Below are positions 41,274 through 55,533 of a stretch of DNA of 64,000 nt, one piece after another. The stretch lies in the NCBI RefSeq assembly GCF_009914755.1, contig NC_060937.1; one strand, 5' to 3'. Under the pieces are notes generated by a model. That model had not been told where the DNA came from. It did not search any database and saw nothing but the letters and a program-made list of their open reading frames with translations. This DNA is from the human T2T-CHM13v2.0 reference genome, Homo sapiens. The stretch's first letter is position 1, and every line of letters starts with the position of its first letter. The translations under genes and the position numbers were made by a program.

Positions 41274-41845
41274 TGTGATGGTTCATATTAGGTGTCAACA
41301 TGATAGAATAAAGGAATGCCTAGAGAATCGGTAAAGCATTACTTCTGGGTGTGTTTGTGAGGGTGTTCCAGAGAGGACTGGCATGTGAGTTGTAGAACTG
41401 AGTATGGAAGATTTATCCTCCAAATACCATCAAATCAACCGGAGACCTGCATAGAACAAAGCCAGAGAGAAAAGGTTTTTCTCTCTTTCTTCTGGAGCTG
41501 GGACATTCTTCTTCTGCCCTTGAACATCAGAATTCTAGGCTGTCTGGCCCTGGGACTCCAGGACTTATACCAGTATCCCCCCTGGTTTATCTGGCCTTCA
41601 GAATCCACCTGAGAAATACACCATTGATCTTCCTGATTCTCAAGCTTTTGGATGTGGACTTAGCCATGCTACCAACATCTTCAGGTCTTCAACTTGTAGA
41701 TGCCTCCATAATCACGTGAGTTCATTTCCCTAATAAATAAATCATACATCCCCTGTTCTATCTATCTATCATCTATCTATCTGACTTTCAGCTATCAAAA
41801 TATCTATCCTATTTCTTGTCTCTCTGGAGAATCCTGACTAATATA
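41274..41845 (+). mobile_element. MLT2B-like solo LTR (ERVL)
   Basis: Starts tgtgatggttcatattaggtgtcaac and ends tctctggagaatcctgactaatata; perfect 5-bp TSD GATCC at 41269-41273 and 41846-41850; (TCTA)n near the end. Confidence 0.9.
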
Positions 41846-42133
41846 GATCCTTAAGACAGTAAGAGCTATACCATTATCATGACATTCAACCCCAAAGGGA
41901 TAGTCAAATGCACATAAGGCAATCAGGTGCATTTAGAATGTTGGAGGCATGAATTATCATTCAAACTGCACCACAGACTTACAGATTATATTCCATTTGT
42001 TGCTTAGGAATGAATGTTCTTAAAATTAGGAGCCAGCTGAAGAAGACATAGAAGTGTTACGGCATATTCTGAAAAAAATCAAGTATTTAATACAAGGAGA
42101 ACTAAAATTATTTTTTTAAAAAAGCAATAAGAG

Positions 42134-42480
<347 letters not shown>

Positions 42481-43563
42481 TTAAATAAATGAATGTGATA
42501 TTTTAAACAATAGGCCTTCTCAATAAAGCCATCCTTGCTTAATGTGTTCATTTTCAGAAATTTTAAATTTCACTAGCACTTATCAGTTTAAATCAAATGA
42601 ATTTAATGTTTATATCTGTTTCATGTAGTTATAGATACATACGCTAAATGTATGTATCATATATATACGATTATTTGGAAAAGTAAGATATAAATTAAAT
42701 ATGATAAAATACTGTATCAAAGTGCGTATTAATTGGTAACTGAGATAAAAGTAAAAACCAAAAACAGAAAAGTACCAACTGATGCTGTAGCACTGTTACA
42801 GGCAACAGTAATAAATGTAACTTGACTTTCTTTATAAAATATTCAGTTTACTTTTTAAACCATAAAACCAAATATTGTTGAAGTAACCTCTAGCATGGAT
42901 GAAAGTCATATTATTTATTTCCTTTAACAATAGGTTATCATGATGAAGATATCAATAAACCAATTTAAATGCATCACTTCTGCAAATATTTTTTCTGTGA
43001 CCTAATTAACCTTAAAAACAACTGTTAAAAAAATCTAGTTTCTTTCTGTTTTGGCCTATCAATTGCATTTATAGATATGTTAACAAAGTGATTTCCAACA
43101 GTAACATACTATTTTGTTAAGAAAGCAGCCTTATATTTAGATAGTTATATACTCCTAAAAATCTTAAGCAGGGGGAAAGTTATCAGGCTTATTTAGCACT
43201 AGATGACCTAAGAACAAACAAACAAACAAATATTAAGTTATTTTAGTTTCTGATAGTCTTAGGGCCAAAAGATCTGTTCTTTCGTCCACATTTGGTGCTT
43301 CAATAATATTTGTTATGAATTCTATTAGGTTTCATCAAAGCCTAGAGATGTGTTGATGTATTAAACAAAAGCTGTAATTAATATGATAGTAACTACAAAC
43401 TTTATGAGGCATATCCTAAAACAATCACTGAAAATGTACCTTAATAAATGTTTTTATTTTTAATGTAGTCAATACTTCATTGGACTATGCTGTTGTATCA
43501 CTAAAAGGTTTTAATTCACACCTGTGGGTTTTTCTTATTATGTAAAACCCCAGCGCATTCCTG

Positions 43564-43878
<315 letters not shown>

Positions 43879-45399
43879 TGCAATCCCATTTTATGTTAAT
43901 CACAGCACATGACAGAGGTTTTTATGGTACTTGCCATAGCAGAAATAAAAATTTGCACATTTTATTTAAACCAACAGTTATTTTTCTTTGTATTTTACAG
44001 TCTTAAGTGAAATGTTTTTTAATCAGTTATTTACAGTGTGAAGAGTGCTCTGAGATTGAATTTCTCAGCATATCAAAACCAAGTCAGCCTGTTATTGATG
44101 GCTGTGATTTACTCAGTGAGCAAAAATTTCTCTACTAACAATGTTATATCTATCTTTATAAACATTTTTAAGACATAAAAGACAAGTAGCACTCATTATA
44201 TAGTCTCATGATTGCTTTAAAACATTTTAGCAACTAGTAGGGTAGACATGAACAATGTAAATTTACACTGAGATGTAATGCTAACAGAATTGACATATAA
44301 ATTTGGCTGGAATCAGTTTGTCAATAACTGGGTTGCAGTCCACTGTAGGGCATACCTGTGTATACCTTACAAACAAAGCAAAGCTTTCTATGCAAAGGAA
44401 CAAAAATATTATACTATATTCCTGGTCAAGCCCCAAATAGGCTATTTTGAAACATTTTTCATTGACACATATTTTCTAACAAGAACAACCGATTTTTTTT
44501 AAGAGAAATATTGGTAAGGAGAGAAAAGAGAACACATCATATAAAAATTAGGGTATGAGAACAATGGATACATTATAACATATAATAGTATTTTAATGGT
44601 ATTTGTTCCTAGTTTCTTTCAACTTATTATAAATAATAGGCAGATTTTTCAAGGAAAAGTGATTTCCTGGGAGTGGAAAATGATCACATCCTGAAAACTT
44701 TGTCTTCTAAAATGGGAATACTCTGAGCAGGTAAGAATCTAAGTCTATCCTAAGGCTTTGCCAGTTTAACTAGCCCACAGAACTGTCTGAAAGATACCAG
44801 CAGTAACCATACAGGATGGATTTCAAACTTTCTCATAACTCTTTTAAAATAATAATCCTTGTTTATTAGATATTGACTGGAGTTGTTCACAAAGCTTAGA
44901 GTACCATCTGGGCTGTAAATTCTGTTTAGAGAAAATAGAGTATAAAATTGTATAGAAGAGCCTTCTTTAAAAGTAAGGTCCAATGAGGAGCGCCAGGGGA
45001 ATGTTGCAGAATGATTATGGTGTCATAGAAAAGGGAGAGGAACAAAGAGCGTTTATATTTATCAGAGAACTTATAATTATCACTTGACATCTTCTTTCAT
45101 TGAAATGACAAGAGTTTTTTTAAGCCAGGTAATTTTTACTATCAGCACCAGATAGCGGATGAGAACAGTATTAACAGTTCATGAAATTTTAAGAATATCT
45201 AAATGATTCCATGAAAATGAGATCAGATTAATTTAAGTATTGATCTTCATGTGTAACAATACTGTAATAGGGCTTTCCTGTGTGGGAATTAAATGTCCAA
45301 TCACAGAATCCAAAGTTCTTACCTGTTGAGTAACCCTGTCTTAGACGATCAGTGGAACAAATCAAATGACTTCAGGAACTGTGACCATAACCTACACCA

Positions 45400-45570
45400 G
45401 AAATTCCTAGATTTTGTTGTGTTTCTGAATCATGCTAGATTAGTTCAGCCAGCAGCCTGAGCTCTTGATTCACTTGCTTTGGGGTGGTAGCCTGAGAGCT
45501 TGCATTCCTAACAAATTCCCAGGTGGAGCAGCTGCTGCTGGCCTGGAAACCACTCTTAGGGAGCCATTTC
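45400..45570. mobile_element. MER5A-like fragment
   Basis: tgcattcctaacaaattcccaggtggagcagctgctgctggcctggaaaccactctt. Confidence 0.65.
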
Positions 45571-45694
45571 TTACCCTCATAGAGAGCTAGCAATAATGTT
45601 GGCTTCATCTGTTAAAGGGACCACTGTGAATAATGCAGAGATGTATGTGGCTGCTACAGACTTCTAACAAGGAAAATGTAAACTGTAGACTGCT

Positions 45695-45898
45695 ATGGGG
45701 ATTTGAATCCCTCTCTGTTCCTGATATTTACTAACTGTGACTTTGGGAAAGTTACTTAAGTTCTCAAGCTTTACTGTTTTTATCTACAGAGTTTTGATAA
45801 AATTGCTCCCTACCACTAAGGCTGTAGTAATAATTGAAATAATCTATGTGAAGCTCTTAGCACAGTGGCCAGATTAAAATGAATACTCAAAAAATATT
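45695..45898 (+). mobile_element. MIR, 3' tail interrupted by an Alu
   Basis: tttgaatcc...tactaactgtgactttgggaaagttacttaa core; tgtgaagctcttagcacagtg; tail resumes atagctact after 46198. Confidence 0.75.
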
Positions 45899-46198
45899 GG
45901 CTGGGCGCAGTGGCTCAGGCCTGTAGTCCCAGCTCTTTTCAAGGCTGAGGCGGGTGGATCACGTGGGGTCAGGAGCTCAAGACCAGACTGGCCAACATGG
46001 CAAAACCCCGTGTCTACTAAAAATGCAAAAATTAGCTGGACGCAGTGGCGTGAGACTGTAGTCTCAGGTACTGGGGAGGCTGAGGCAGGAGAATTGCTTG
46101 AACCTGGGAGGCAGAGGGAGGCTGCAGCGAGCGAAGATCATACCACTGCACTCCAGCCTAGGCAAGAGAGGGAGACACTATCTCAAAAAAAAAAAAAA
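45899..46198 (+). mobile_element. AluSx/Sz
   Basis: ggctgggcgcagtggctca...cactgcactccagcct; A tail. Confidence 0.93.
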
Positions 46199-47199
46199 TA
46201 GCTACTTTTATTATTAATTGTGGCTACATAATTTAGAATACAATAATTCAACTAATCTCAGGCCATTGAATAAACAAGAAAAATAAACACACTTCTCAGA
46301 ATTTCCTAATTAACAATTTCAATAGGAATTAATTTTCATTTTCTTTTAAGTATTACTTACAGTTCTACTCTCACATAGACCCCTTCCAGTTCTTCGCAGC
46401 AGGAAGGAAAGTTGACTGAAAGAATTGCATCCACTAATATCCACACATGAAACATCAGATAGATAAAAACATACAAACCATTACAGTTTCTCACCACATA
46501 ATTTCCTTCCTGTTCTCTACAAGGGTGTCAAATATAAACTTTAGAGCAATAAAATTACACGGGATGGATTTTTTTTCCTTTTGTATGTGCCTAAATATCT
46601 AAATGTGGAAATAAAATAGTCCTTCTTACTGTTCTGTATTTTTCTTCTCTAAAAATTAATAAATGAAAAAAATCCCATACATGTAAAACTATTCAACAAT
46701 CAAAAATAGGGGTGTCATGTTAAGAAATCATAACAAATATCACCCTAATAACTATACTTATAACTATACTTATACTTAGTGAATGCATTAAAAATCTGAT
46801 TTAAAAACAGTCATTTGACCTTTTATGTCTCTACTTGTTCTAAAATTTTTAATTCTTTGCTGTGTACTTCCTTCTTCATGCATCTACAAAGTTTACAACT
46901 TCAAGCACTCAATGGTCAATATCAGCTTTCTGGTCCTATCTTGACTGACCTTATTTTTGAGCTCATAAACACTATTACAGAAAAATATATAACCATAGAG
47001 ACTGAGAACATTCAAAATTTTTGTCTCTTAACTGAGGGGAAAAGAACCCCATCAGTTTTACCCAGAAATTCTATATGACTATAGACAGCTCATGCTTTAA
47101 TTTAATGCAGCATAGATTGCAATACTTCTCCACTAGCTCCTAACCCAACTTCATTACCTTTGTTATATATTTTATAAGAACGGAAATCTCCCAGTATCT

Positions 47200-48240
47200 T
47201 CTCACTGAATTTGCAATCCTACCTACACATTTCTTCTCCCCTTTTACTGCAATGAATGAATGTATCATCAACTAAGAATAATTCTTCAAATAATGAATTT
47301 CAACTACGTCCTCTTTCACAGGGATGTGAATCTATTATTTTGCCTATCTTCTATAGCTCCAATTTCTCTATTGGCTTAGTTTCATAGCATTAAATATACT
47401 CACATCTTTTCTGTATAAAAGTAAATGTCCACACATATGTACACATACACAGAAAATACACATACAGGATACTTCATAAATTCAGGTACTTTCTAAGATA
47501 GTACCTATGATCCTCCTTTTCACTTCTCATTTATTGCTCAGTCCACTTCAGTGGAGCTTCTATTTCCACTAATAGACTATGGTTCTACAAACAATATTAT
47601 CAACCACATAACTAATTTTAGTCTTATGGATGTCTTGTTCCTAAACTTAACTCTTCTGAAGTATTTGAAGAGCAAAAACTCTTCTTTTTCTTGAAAATAC
47701 TTCTACTGTAGTATTTAAACACTTCAACTACATAAGATACATAAATGTATTACAATTAGAATTATGATAAAAACAGCATATATTAAATATAATGTGATGT
47801 TTATTCACTCATGTATTTATTCTATAAATATTTGTTGAACATATAAGACAGCCCAAAAACTGGACTATTTGTTGAGACTGAAACAGTACTTATGATAGAT
47901 GCAAAATTATTAAATTATAACTATGACATAAGTGAAAAAATTAAAATACAGCCTGATACATGGTATAGCCAAAGTAACTTTATCTACTCCAGCCATGAAG
48001 GGCTTCTCAACCCTGAAGGGGGTGCTAGAGTTAAAAGAAACTTGGTAAGGAAAGAGCATGAGCAGAAGTCTTGAGGGAAAAGAGGCTAGGAGAATTAAAG
48101 ATTGGGAAACATAAGCAAGAAGACTGCCTTGAGATGAGGCCAGAAATTAGATAGCGTCTTGTTTATTCAGAGCCTTAAAGATCAAGTGATTTGGCACTTT
48201 ATAGCATGAACTTTCAATACGACTGTAGTAGTTAAGAATG
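47200..48240. mobile_element. Degraded L2 fragments in both orientations
   Basis: cagtccacttcagtggagcttctatttccac (+); ttattcactcatgtatttattctataaatatttgttgaac (L2 3' end, -). Confidence 0.4.
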
Positions 48241-48636
48241 ATGTGGGCTCTCTTGGTGAGGAAGATTAAAGAGATTCACTGCATCTGTGACATTGCTGGT
48301 GGGCTTTAACAGATTGTGACAGAAAGAGAAGGGTAATAGTTAATAGCATTCTAGGACACAGAGGTATCGTAAGTAAGGAAGCCAGGCAGAAAAGTGTAAT
48401 AAAGTGCTCAGTGGAGGTATGATCTCATACTTCCTAAAGTTGATATTCTGCCAGTGGGATATTGTGAATGCTTTCTGTGTTCTGTACTGGAAAACATAAT
48501 TAGTCCTAAGACTACATTTTTCTTTATTCTGGGAGAGAGCTGAGTAGTGAGCTCTCTAGTCACCAGATAAAAGGTAAATATCAACCCATTCCTTTAGAAA
48601 AATAAAAATTTTTAACAATGATATTTCAGATTACAT

Positions 48637-48932
48637 TATTTTATTTTGCTTTATTATTTATTTATTTATTTATTTATTTTTGATATGGGTCTCCTTTTCT
48701 TATTTAGGCTTCTCTGGAACTCCTGGGCTCAAGCAAGCCTGCCACCTCAGCCTCTCAAGTTTCTGGGATCACAGGCATGAGCCACCACACCAGGATAATT
48801 TTTATTTTCCTATTTTTTAGAGATAGAATCTTGTGTTTCCCAGACTGATCTTGAACTTCTGGGCTCAAGCAATGTGCCTGCCTTGGACACCCAAAATTCT
48901 GGGATTACAGATGTGAGCCACTACACGGAGCC
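48637..48932 (-). mobile_element. AluJ-age dimer made of two left-type (FLAM-like) monomers
   Basis: Both halves contain gaact(c/t)ctgggctcaagcaa; the right-arm-specific ctgcagtgagcc...cactgcactcc segment is absent; 10-bp TSD CAGATTACAT at 48627-48636 and 48933-48942. Confidence 0.8.
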
Positions 48933-50487
48933 CAGATTACATGTTAAAAGTCATTTTATAAATTAAATGTGATATAATCATACAGATTAGATAATTTTTT
49001 ATTTAAAATCTGAAATTATTTTATATTTAAAAATAACTTTAAAAAAATTTGGCCAATGTAGCTGTGTATTTTTGTAACGTTTTGTTCACCAGAGAGCATA
49101 AGCCCAGCCAAAGATAAAGATAAGAAATATAATCTCATCCAACCCTTTCTTCACTAACCAATTTTAACAAAGACTAGAACTAGGAGCAGAAAGAATTTCT
49201 TAATGTGTGGAAAACTTTAATTAGACCTGTTCTTTAAGTACTGGAGATAACTGAAGATATTCTTTAGAAGAATGAAGGTTGAGGTGGCTCCAATCTTGGG
49301 AGTCTTTGGCAGCTAGTTTGATGCTAGAGGTTAGTTTTAAGACTTTGTAAACCCTAAAGATTACTTTTATTTACAATTGCCAGTTATTTGCTATATTGTA
49401 TGGATTGGTTCAATATTTTGTGGAATTAGTGAGAGTAAATTCTCAATTCTGAGGCAAGCTTGAGTTTCTCTATAATAGTCTCGGTAAAAATAAAATAAAA
49501 ACCTATATCCAGTCAATAGTTAATCCATGGAGTTTTTAATTTTAAGGATTATAATACTGAGGAGGATGAGAAACTTTGAGCAGATTGAGCAGAAAAACCT
49601 GTAAGTTCTCAGATATATAGACAGCTCTCAGATATGACTGAGGGTAACATATTGAGAATTGTTCATCTAAGGCCAGTAGGCCAGAATGGCGCGTGTACTA
49701 ATCTACATATAAAAGTAAGCATAATTCATTTAAGATGCAAATAAGTGATGTATGTATATATCTTATATGATTAACAAGGACTAATTTTTTACAATTTTTA
49801 AATCATGGAAATATAGTAAAAGTTTTATTTACTTCACTTGAGTCTCATAACAGAGGGCTCTTTAATGGTTAATAGCTTAGCAAAAATACAATAAGAGAGG
49901 CATGAGAGAAATAAAAAAAAACAGAGGCTAATATTTATTTTTATCATGATGAGTAGCTGAAATGGTAAAGTAAAACAAAACAGTAAAAATTTTTTCTCAA
50001 AACCACCTTGAAAGGAGGGCAGAATGAAATTGATGCGTGTGAAAATTGTCAAATAAGATTCATTTTCAGACATCAGAGATGACTCTTTCTTTCCCCCTTT
50101 ATACCTAAAGGAGTGTAACAAATGAATTGGCTTTTTAGCAAATGGAAATAAAGAAGCAGAACAGACAGAGATTATGTCAGGAGTAAAGCTAAAGTATAAC
50201 ATGTCTCAGAGATAAAATTTTTCTGTTTCTTTTTCTAAGAAAATACATTTATTATGGCACTAGAAAATATATTTTAAATTACATTTTTGATTAAGCATAT
50301 TATAATTAAATCTAATATTAAGTGATATTATCATAGTTAGATTATCTTTCAGGATGAATTTTAAATGATAGTATATACATTCTTTGTGTCTTTAGTTATC
50401 TACAATTAAGAAAAAATCCATTTAAAATATTTTGAGAAGGTTACCTGGTAGTTATCCTTGATTAAAAACCCACACATATTTAAAGAC

Positions 50488-50948
50488 AACTGAATACTGT
50501 TCAACCATAAAAAGGAATAAAATTCTGTCATTGCAATAGCATGGATGGAATAAGTCAGACACAGACAAACATTGAATTTTGTCACTCACATGTGGGGCTA
50601 AAAAAAGTTCATCTCATGGAGATAGAGAGTAGAATGATAATTATCAGCAGTTAGAAATGGTGTGTGTGGGGGCCGGGGATGAAGAGAGGTTAGTTAATGT
50701 GTACAAATATACAGTTAGATGAAAGAATAAGGTCTAATTTTCCCTAGCAAAGTAAGGTGACCATAGGTAGCCAGAAGAGAGGACTTGGAAATGTTCCCCA
50801 AACATAGAAATAATAAATGGTTAAGGTGATAGATATCCTAAATACCCTTAATTGATCATCTTTACACATTCTGTGCATGTAACAAAAATCATATGTATTT
50901 CATAAATATGTACAAATATTATATATAAATAAAAATAAATAAATAAAT
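50488..50948 (+). mobile_element. L1MA4/5-like 3' end
   Basis: ccataaaaaggaataaaattctgtcatt, ctcatggagatagagagtagaatgat, tacagttagatgaaagaataag; (TAAA)n tail. Confidence 0.82.
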
Positions 50949-51048
50949 CACCAAAAAACCTATACACATTTGTATTTAGAAGTCTTTTTTTACTGACCAA
51001 TGAAAGAAAAAGAAAAATGTACCCATATCTTCTCTAAAAAGTTATGGC

Positions 51049-51174
51049 AGCTAGGTGTGGTGGCTCACGCCTCTACTCCCAGCATATTGGGAGGGCATGG
51101 CAAAATAATCACTTGAGCCCAGGAGTTCAAGACCAGATTTACCAACATGGAGAGACACTGTTCCTAAAAAAGTA
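51049..51174 (+). mobile_element. FLAM_C-like free left Alu monomer
   Basis: gtggtggctcacgcct...cacttgagcccaggagttcaagaccag; flanked by the identical 18-mer taaaaagttatggcagct at 51035-51052 and 51175-51192. Confidence 0.88.
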
Positions 51175-52239
51175 TAAAAAGTTATGGCAGCTTCAACTAC
51201 AGGGTAGACTCTAAATTGACAATAAATTGCATTCTTGTTCCTGCAGGACACATGTGGAAAAGGACAGGTCTGTCTTTGGACAAAGTATACCAACTGCAGA
51301 TAGAATACTAAATGACCTTAATCTATATTTTAAAAGGATATCAGTAGCCTTATTTTTACATAAACATTTAAATATGGGAGTCCCATTCTGGCTTCAAGAA
51401 GGAAGGGAGAAATTAGTCTATGAGTGCAAAACCATTATATTTCTTCTTCCTCATCCCCTCTCCCAAACCCACATTCTTCCATGTCATTTTAAACATCTTC
51501 ACTTCATTTAATGTACTATTGCTTTTTCCTGAGTTTCCAAGAGCCATCTACCAGATTATCAAATCTGGCTCTAGAGGATCTTTCCAGGGTGTAAAATATT
51601 GAGGCTTGGAATAGTACCTCCATATCAAAAACTTTTCTGTATTCAACTTTACTTTTTTCCAACTCTGTCCCCTATTCCAGCACTCTCAAAGTCTACTCCC
51701 AAAAGGTTCAGGGTAATCTGAGAGTTGAATTTTCTACTGCAAAGTGCAGTATGCATATTATGCATGCAGTATACATGCATCTAACAAGTCTCAGGTTTTC
51801 TTTCCTTTTTTATCATAAGGTTGAAAACTCATCCTTCTCCTTATGTGCCCTCCAGCTCCTGATAATCTGAAAGTTTTTATATGATAGTTTGGATGCACTA
51901 TACTTTCACACTTTGCCTTACATTGGTAATTGACCTACCTGAGTAATTGTTTTCTCTCTTCAATGCATCAAGGATACTAAGCAACAAATACCCATTCCTC
52001 CACAGATGTATCCCTACCATACCTTTCAAATGCAGTGTGTGTGGGAAAGCAAGGCATGGGTGTATCCTAGTTCAACATAAGTGAGATTCTTAGCAACTGC
52101 AAATCTTCAGCATAACAGGATACCCAGGTTTTCATTACTTCACCTACCACAAGAGATTCATTAACATCTAATTGGTGAGTGATTCACCCACAGAATCCCA
52201 ATTTTAGAGTTTGCTTCCTGGGACCACTTCCAGTTACAG

Positions 52240-52500
52240 ATTTCTTAGGCTACGTTCTTACAGAGCAGATCCTGAGCCAAAGATTCAGGTACAAGTAATA
52301 CCTGAAATAAATGGTCTCAGAAAAAAACCAGTTAAGGATTGCAGAAAACAGAATAGGAAAAAAAAAAAAAAAAAGGAATTCCAGCAAGCCTGCAATTTCA
52401 GGTTAGGTCCTATACTCAGTCTGATTCTGTGTGGAGCCCTGAAGAATAAATTTTACCTCATTTATCAAGGCAAAGAACTGGACTTTGTATTCTCCTCTCC
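52240..52500 (-). mobile_element. Old ERVL LTR fragment (LTR33/LTR41-like)
   Basis: agcagatcctgagccaaagattcaggtacaagta resembles the reverse terminus of this LTR group. Confidence 0.5.
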
Positions 52501-52538
52501 AGGAAAGTTGGTTAACGTAAAACTCTTAGCATCTTTCA

Positions 52539-52831
52539 TTTTTTTTTCTTGAGATGGAGTCTTGCTCTGTCATCCAGGCTGTAGTGCAATGGCGTGATCT
52601 TGGCATGCTGCAACCTCTGACTCCTGGATTCAAGCGATTCGCCTGCCTCAGCCTCTGGAGTAGCTGGGATTACAGGCACCCACTATCATGCCCAACTAAT
52701 TTCTGTAATTTTGTAGAGACAGGGTTTCAACACGCTGTCCAGGCTGGTCTTGAACATCTCACCGCAGGTGATCCACCCTCCTTTGCCTCCCAAAGTGCTG
52801 GGATTACAGGCGTCAGCCACTGTGCCTGGCC
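52539..52831 (-). mobile_element. AluSx/Sz
   Basis: Full dimer; TSD actc(t/c)tagcat(c/t)ttt on both sides. Confidence 0.93.
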
Positions 52832-53169
52832 ACTCCTAGCATTTTTATTTCTCTTCATAAGAGATTGAACACCATTTTATAGAAAAACTTGCACTAGATA
52901 CAAGTTGCTGGCCCAGGCACTATATCCATATAATAGAGTATAATTTCATATAATAATAAAATGCTTTAAAGTTATGTTCAGCTTCTAGATCTAGATAGCA
53001 GAGTGATCATGCATATTTGTTCTTTCCCTCTGAAATTTCTATTGCCATGACAGTAAAAAGATAAATGTGAGAGAAATAAAATGTTTAAAATATATAATGA
53101 CATAAAAGAGGAAGGCCTATTAATTAAGCAGAACTTTTTTTTTACAATTTTCTGGGTAAACAATACAGC

Positions 53170-53400
53170 AAATGAAGACCATTGAGCTTCAGGAGGACAG
53201 CAAAATTAATCAAAGGAAAATAAGAATCATAGTAAAGCGACAGAGGAGCCGAAGGACTAAATAGCCAGGATTAAAAAAAGGACTTAACGGGCCTGACAGA
53301 GCTGAATAACACAACACAACAATGCAATCACAAGTATTAATAGCAGGATAAACCAAGCGGAAGAAAGAATCTCAAACTTGAAGGTGGTTCTCTGAAATAT
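53170..53400 (+). mobile_element. Isolated L1 ORF1 coiled-coil fragment (old L1P-like)
   Basis: gagctgaataacaca...caatgcaatcacaagtattaatagcaggataaaccaagcggaagaaagaatctca. Confidence 0.65.
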
Positions 53401-54204
53401 CAGAAGGTATACACTTAGAATGAACTCCTAATATGTACTGAAGAAGAAAACAAAGAAGGTGTGACTTATTCACCCAGGTGAAAAAGTGGGACTTCTTCAA
53501 GCTTACAATTTTAAAGGCCAGTTTTAAAAGAATTATTAATCAAAAACTATTCATAAAAATACTGATCTTATTTAGCACCACCCCTAGATGTCTACCCTCA
53601 TCACAGGCATACCAAAAGACAGACCATTTACAAAGTTATCTGCACTTAGGCAGACAGAGAGAGACAGAAGACAAGAAAGATTCTTCCGGAAGACATTCTG
53701 TGATTTGTTTCAGGAGTGCTAGTTCTAAAAGTTTGGTGGCAAAAGTTTTTAAAAAAATGAAGGACATGTGTCTATACATGACTTAAATTCCAAATTTTCA
53801 AATATTTTTGTTAGGGAGTTCATACGTATCATACATGTGAACAAACAGTAGGCTAAACCAAGAATTAGAGGTGGAATCATGTGAGAAACACATTTAACTG
53901 AATGAAAATAATCTACAAATAATTAGGAAAGATGGAGAGGGAGAAAGACAAAGTGCAAGAGAGAAAAAGAGTGGAAGAAAGCAAACCTACTATAAATTCA
54001 TAAATAGTGCATGCTGCTAAAGAGCTTCCTTTCAACTTAGAATTTAAAGGAAGGCAGAACCCTTCTTTGCAACATCTGTTTCTTCATGCCTTTCTTAGTA
54101 CGAGCATCTTCCTACCATTTGTGCATCTAATATTTACAGATGATTTATTTCTGATTAAAAGAAATAGAACCCAAACATGAACCACTTTCCTCATGTGGTG
54201 GTTT

Positions 54205-54510
54205 AAACATAGAAACAAGTAAATTAATAAACCAATCTCAATTGCATTAGCTTCAAATAATTTTAAAAACTTAGGAATAAGTTTAATCAAGGTGGTGAAA
54301 ATCCTATACAATGAAAACAAGAAAACATTGATGACACAAGTCATAGAAAGGAAACACAAGTAGATGGAAAGACATCTTGTATTCATGGGTTGGGAGAGTA
54401 ATATTGTTTAAATGCCCATACTCAAAGTGATCTGCTAATTTAATGCAATCCCTATCAAAATCCCAATGGCATTTTTTAAAGAAATAAAAAAGAAATCCTA
54501 GAATTCATGT
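54205..54510 (+). mobile_element. L1M ORF2 fragment
   Basis: cttaggaataagtttaatcaaggtggtgaaa, atggaaagacatcttgtattcatgg, aatgcaatccctatcaaaatcccaatggc. Confidence 0.75.
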
Positions 54511-55533
54511 CAAGTTTAACTCATGCAATATGACAAGAAGATAAAAGAGAAGGTATTCAGATTGGGAATTAAGAAGCAAAACTTTTTGTTAACAGATGAT
54601 ATAATTGTCTATATAGAAAATCAGAAATAATCAAACAAAAGACCTCCTGGAACCAGTAATCAATTATAGCAGGGTTATAGAATATAAGATTAATAAACAA
54701 AAGTCAATCACCTTTCTAAATACCAGCAATAAACAGGTGAAATTTGAAATTAAGCATGCAATACAATTTACATTAGAACCCACTAAAATATTAAGATAAA
54801 TATGGAATATTTATATGAAGAAAATTTAAAAATCTGATAAAATAATTCAAAGAAGAACTAAAGAAATGAGGAGATAGCCCATGCCCATAGATATAAAAAA
54901 ATCAATATTATCAAGATGTCAGTTATTTATTACTTAATAATCTAATCTATAGATTCAATGCAATCCCAGTCAAAATCTAGCAAGTTATTTTGTGGATATT
55001 AGCAAAGTTATTCTAAAGTTTATTTAAAGAGGCTGAAGACCCAGAATAGCCAACATGTTATAGAAGAAGAACAAAACTTGGGAATTGACACAACTCAACT
55101 TTTAGACATACTGTAAAGCTATAGTAGTTAAGACTGTGGTATTGGTGAAAGAACAGACTAACAGATTGATGGAGACTAGAAGGAGATCCACCAAATATAG
55201 TCAACTGATCTTTGACAAAGGAGAAAAGGAAAAACAATAAAGAAAAGACGGGCTTTTCAACATATGGTGCTGGACCAACTAGACATACACATGCAAAAAC
55301 TAAATCTAGGCACAGGCTTACATCCTTCACAAAATTAACTTAATATGAACCATAGATCTGACTTTAGTAAACAAAGTTATAACATACCTAGAAGATGACA
55401 TAGGAGAAAATCTAGATGACCATGGGTTTGGTGATGACTTTCTAGATTCCATACCACAAGTGCAATCCATGAAAGAATTGTCAAGTTGGACTTCATTAAT
55501 ATAAAAATATCTGCTCTGTAAAAGACATTGTCA
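54511..55533 (+). mobile_element. L1MC-like ORF2 (left part of the host of the L1PA7)
   Basis: acagatgatataattgtctatatagaaaa (RT), aatatagtcaactgatctttgacaaagg; continues in register after 62098. Confidence 0.82.

Noticed and set aside
43980-45330. Splice-like signals (acceptor ending 44000, donor cag/gtaaga at 44730, minus-strand donor near 45320)
   Set aside because: Such motifs are frequent by chance and no coherent coding exon can be built without RNA data.
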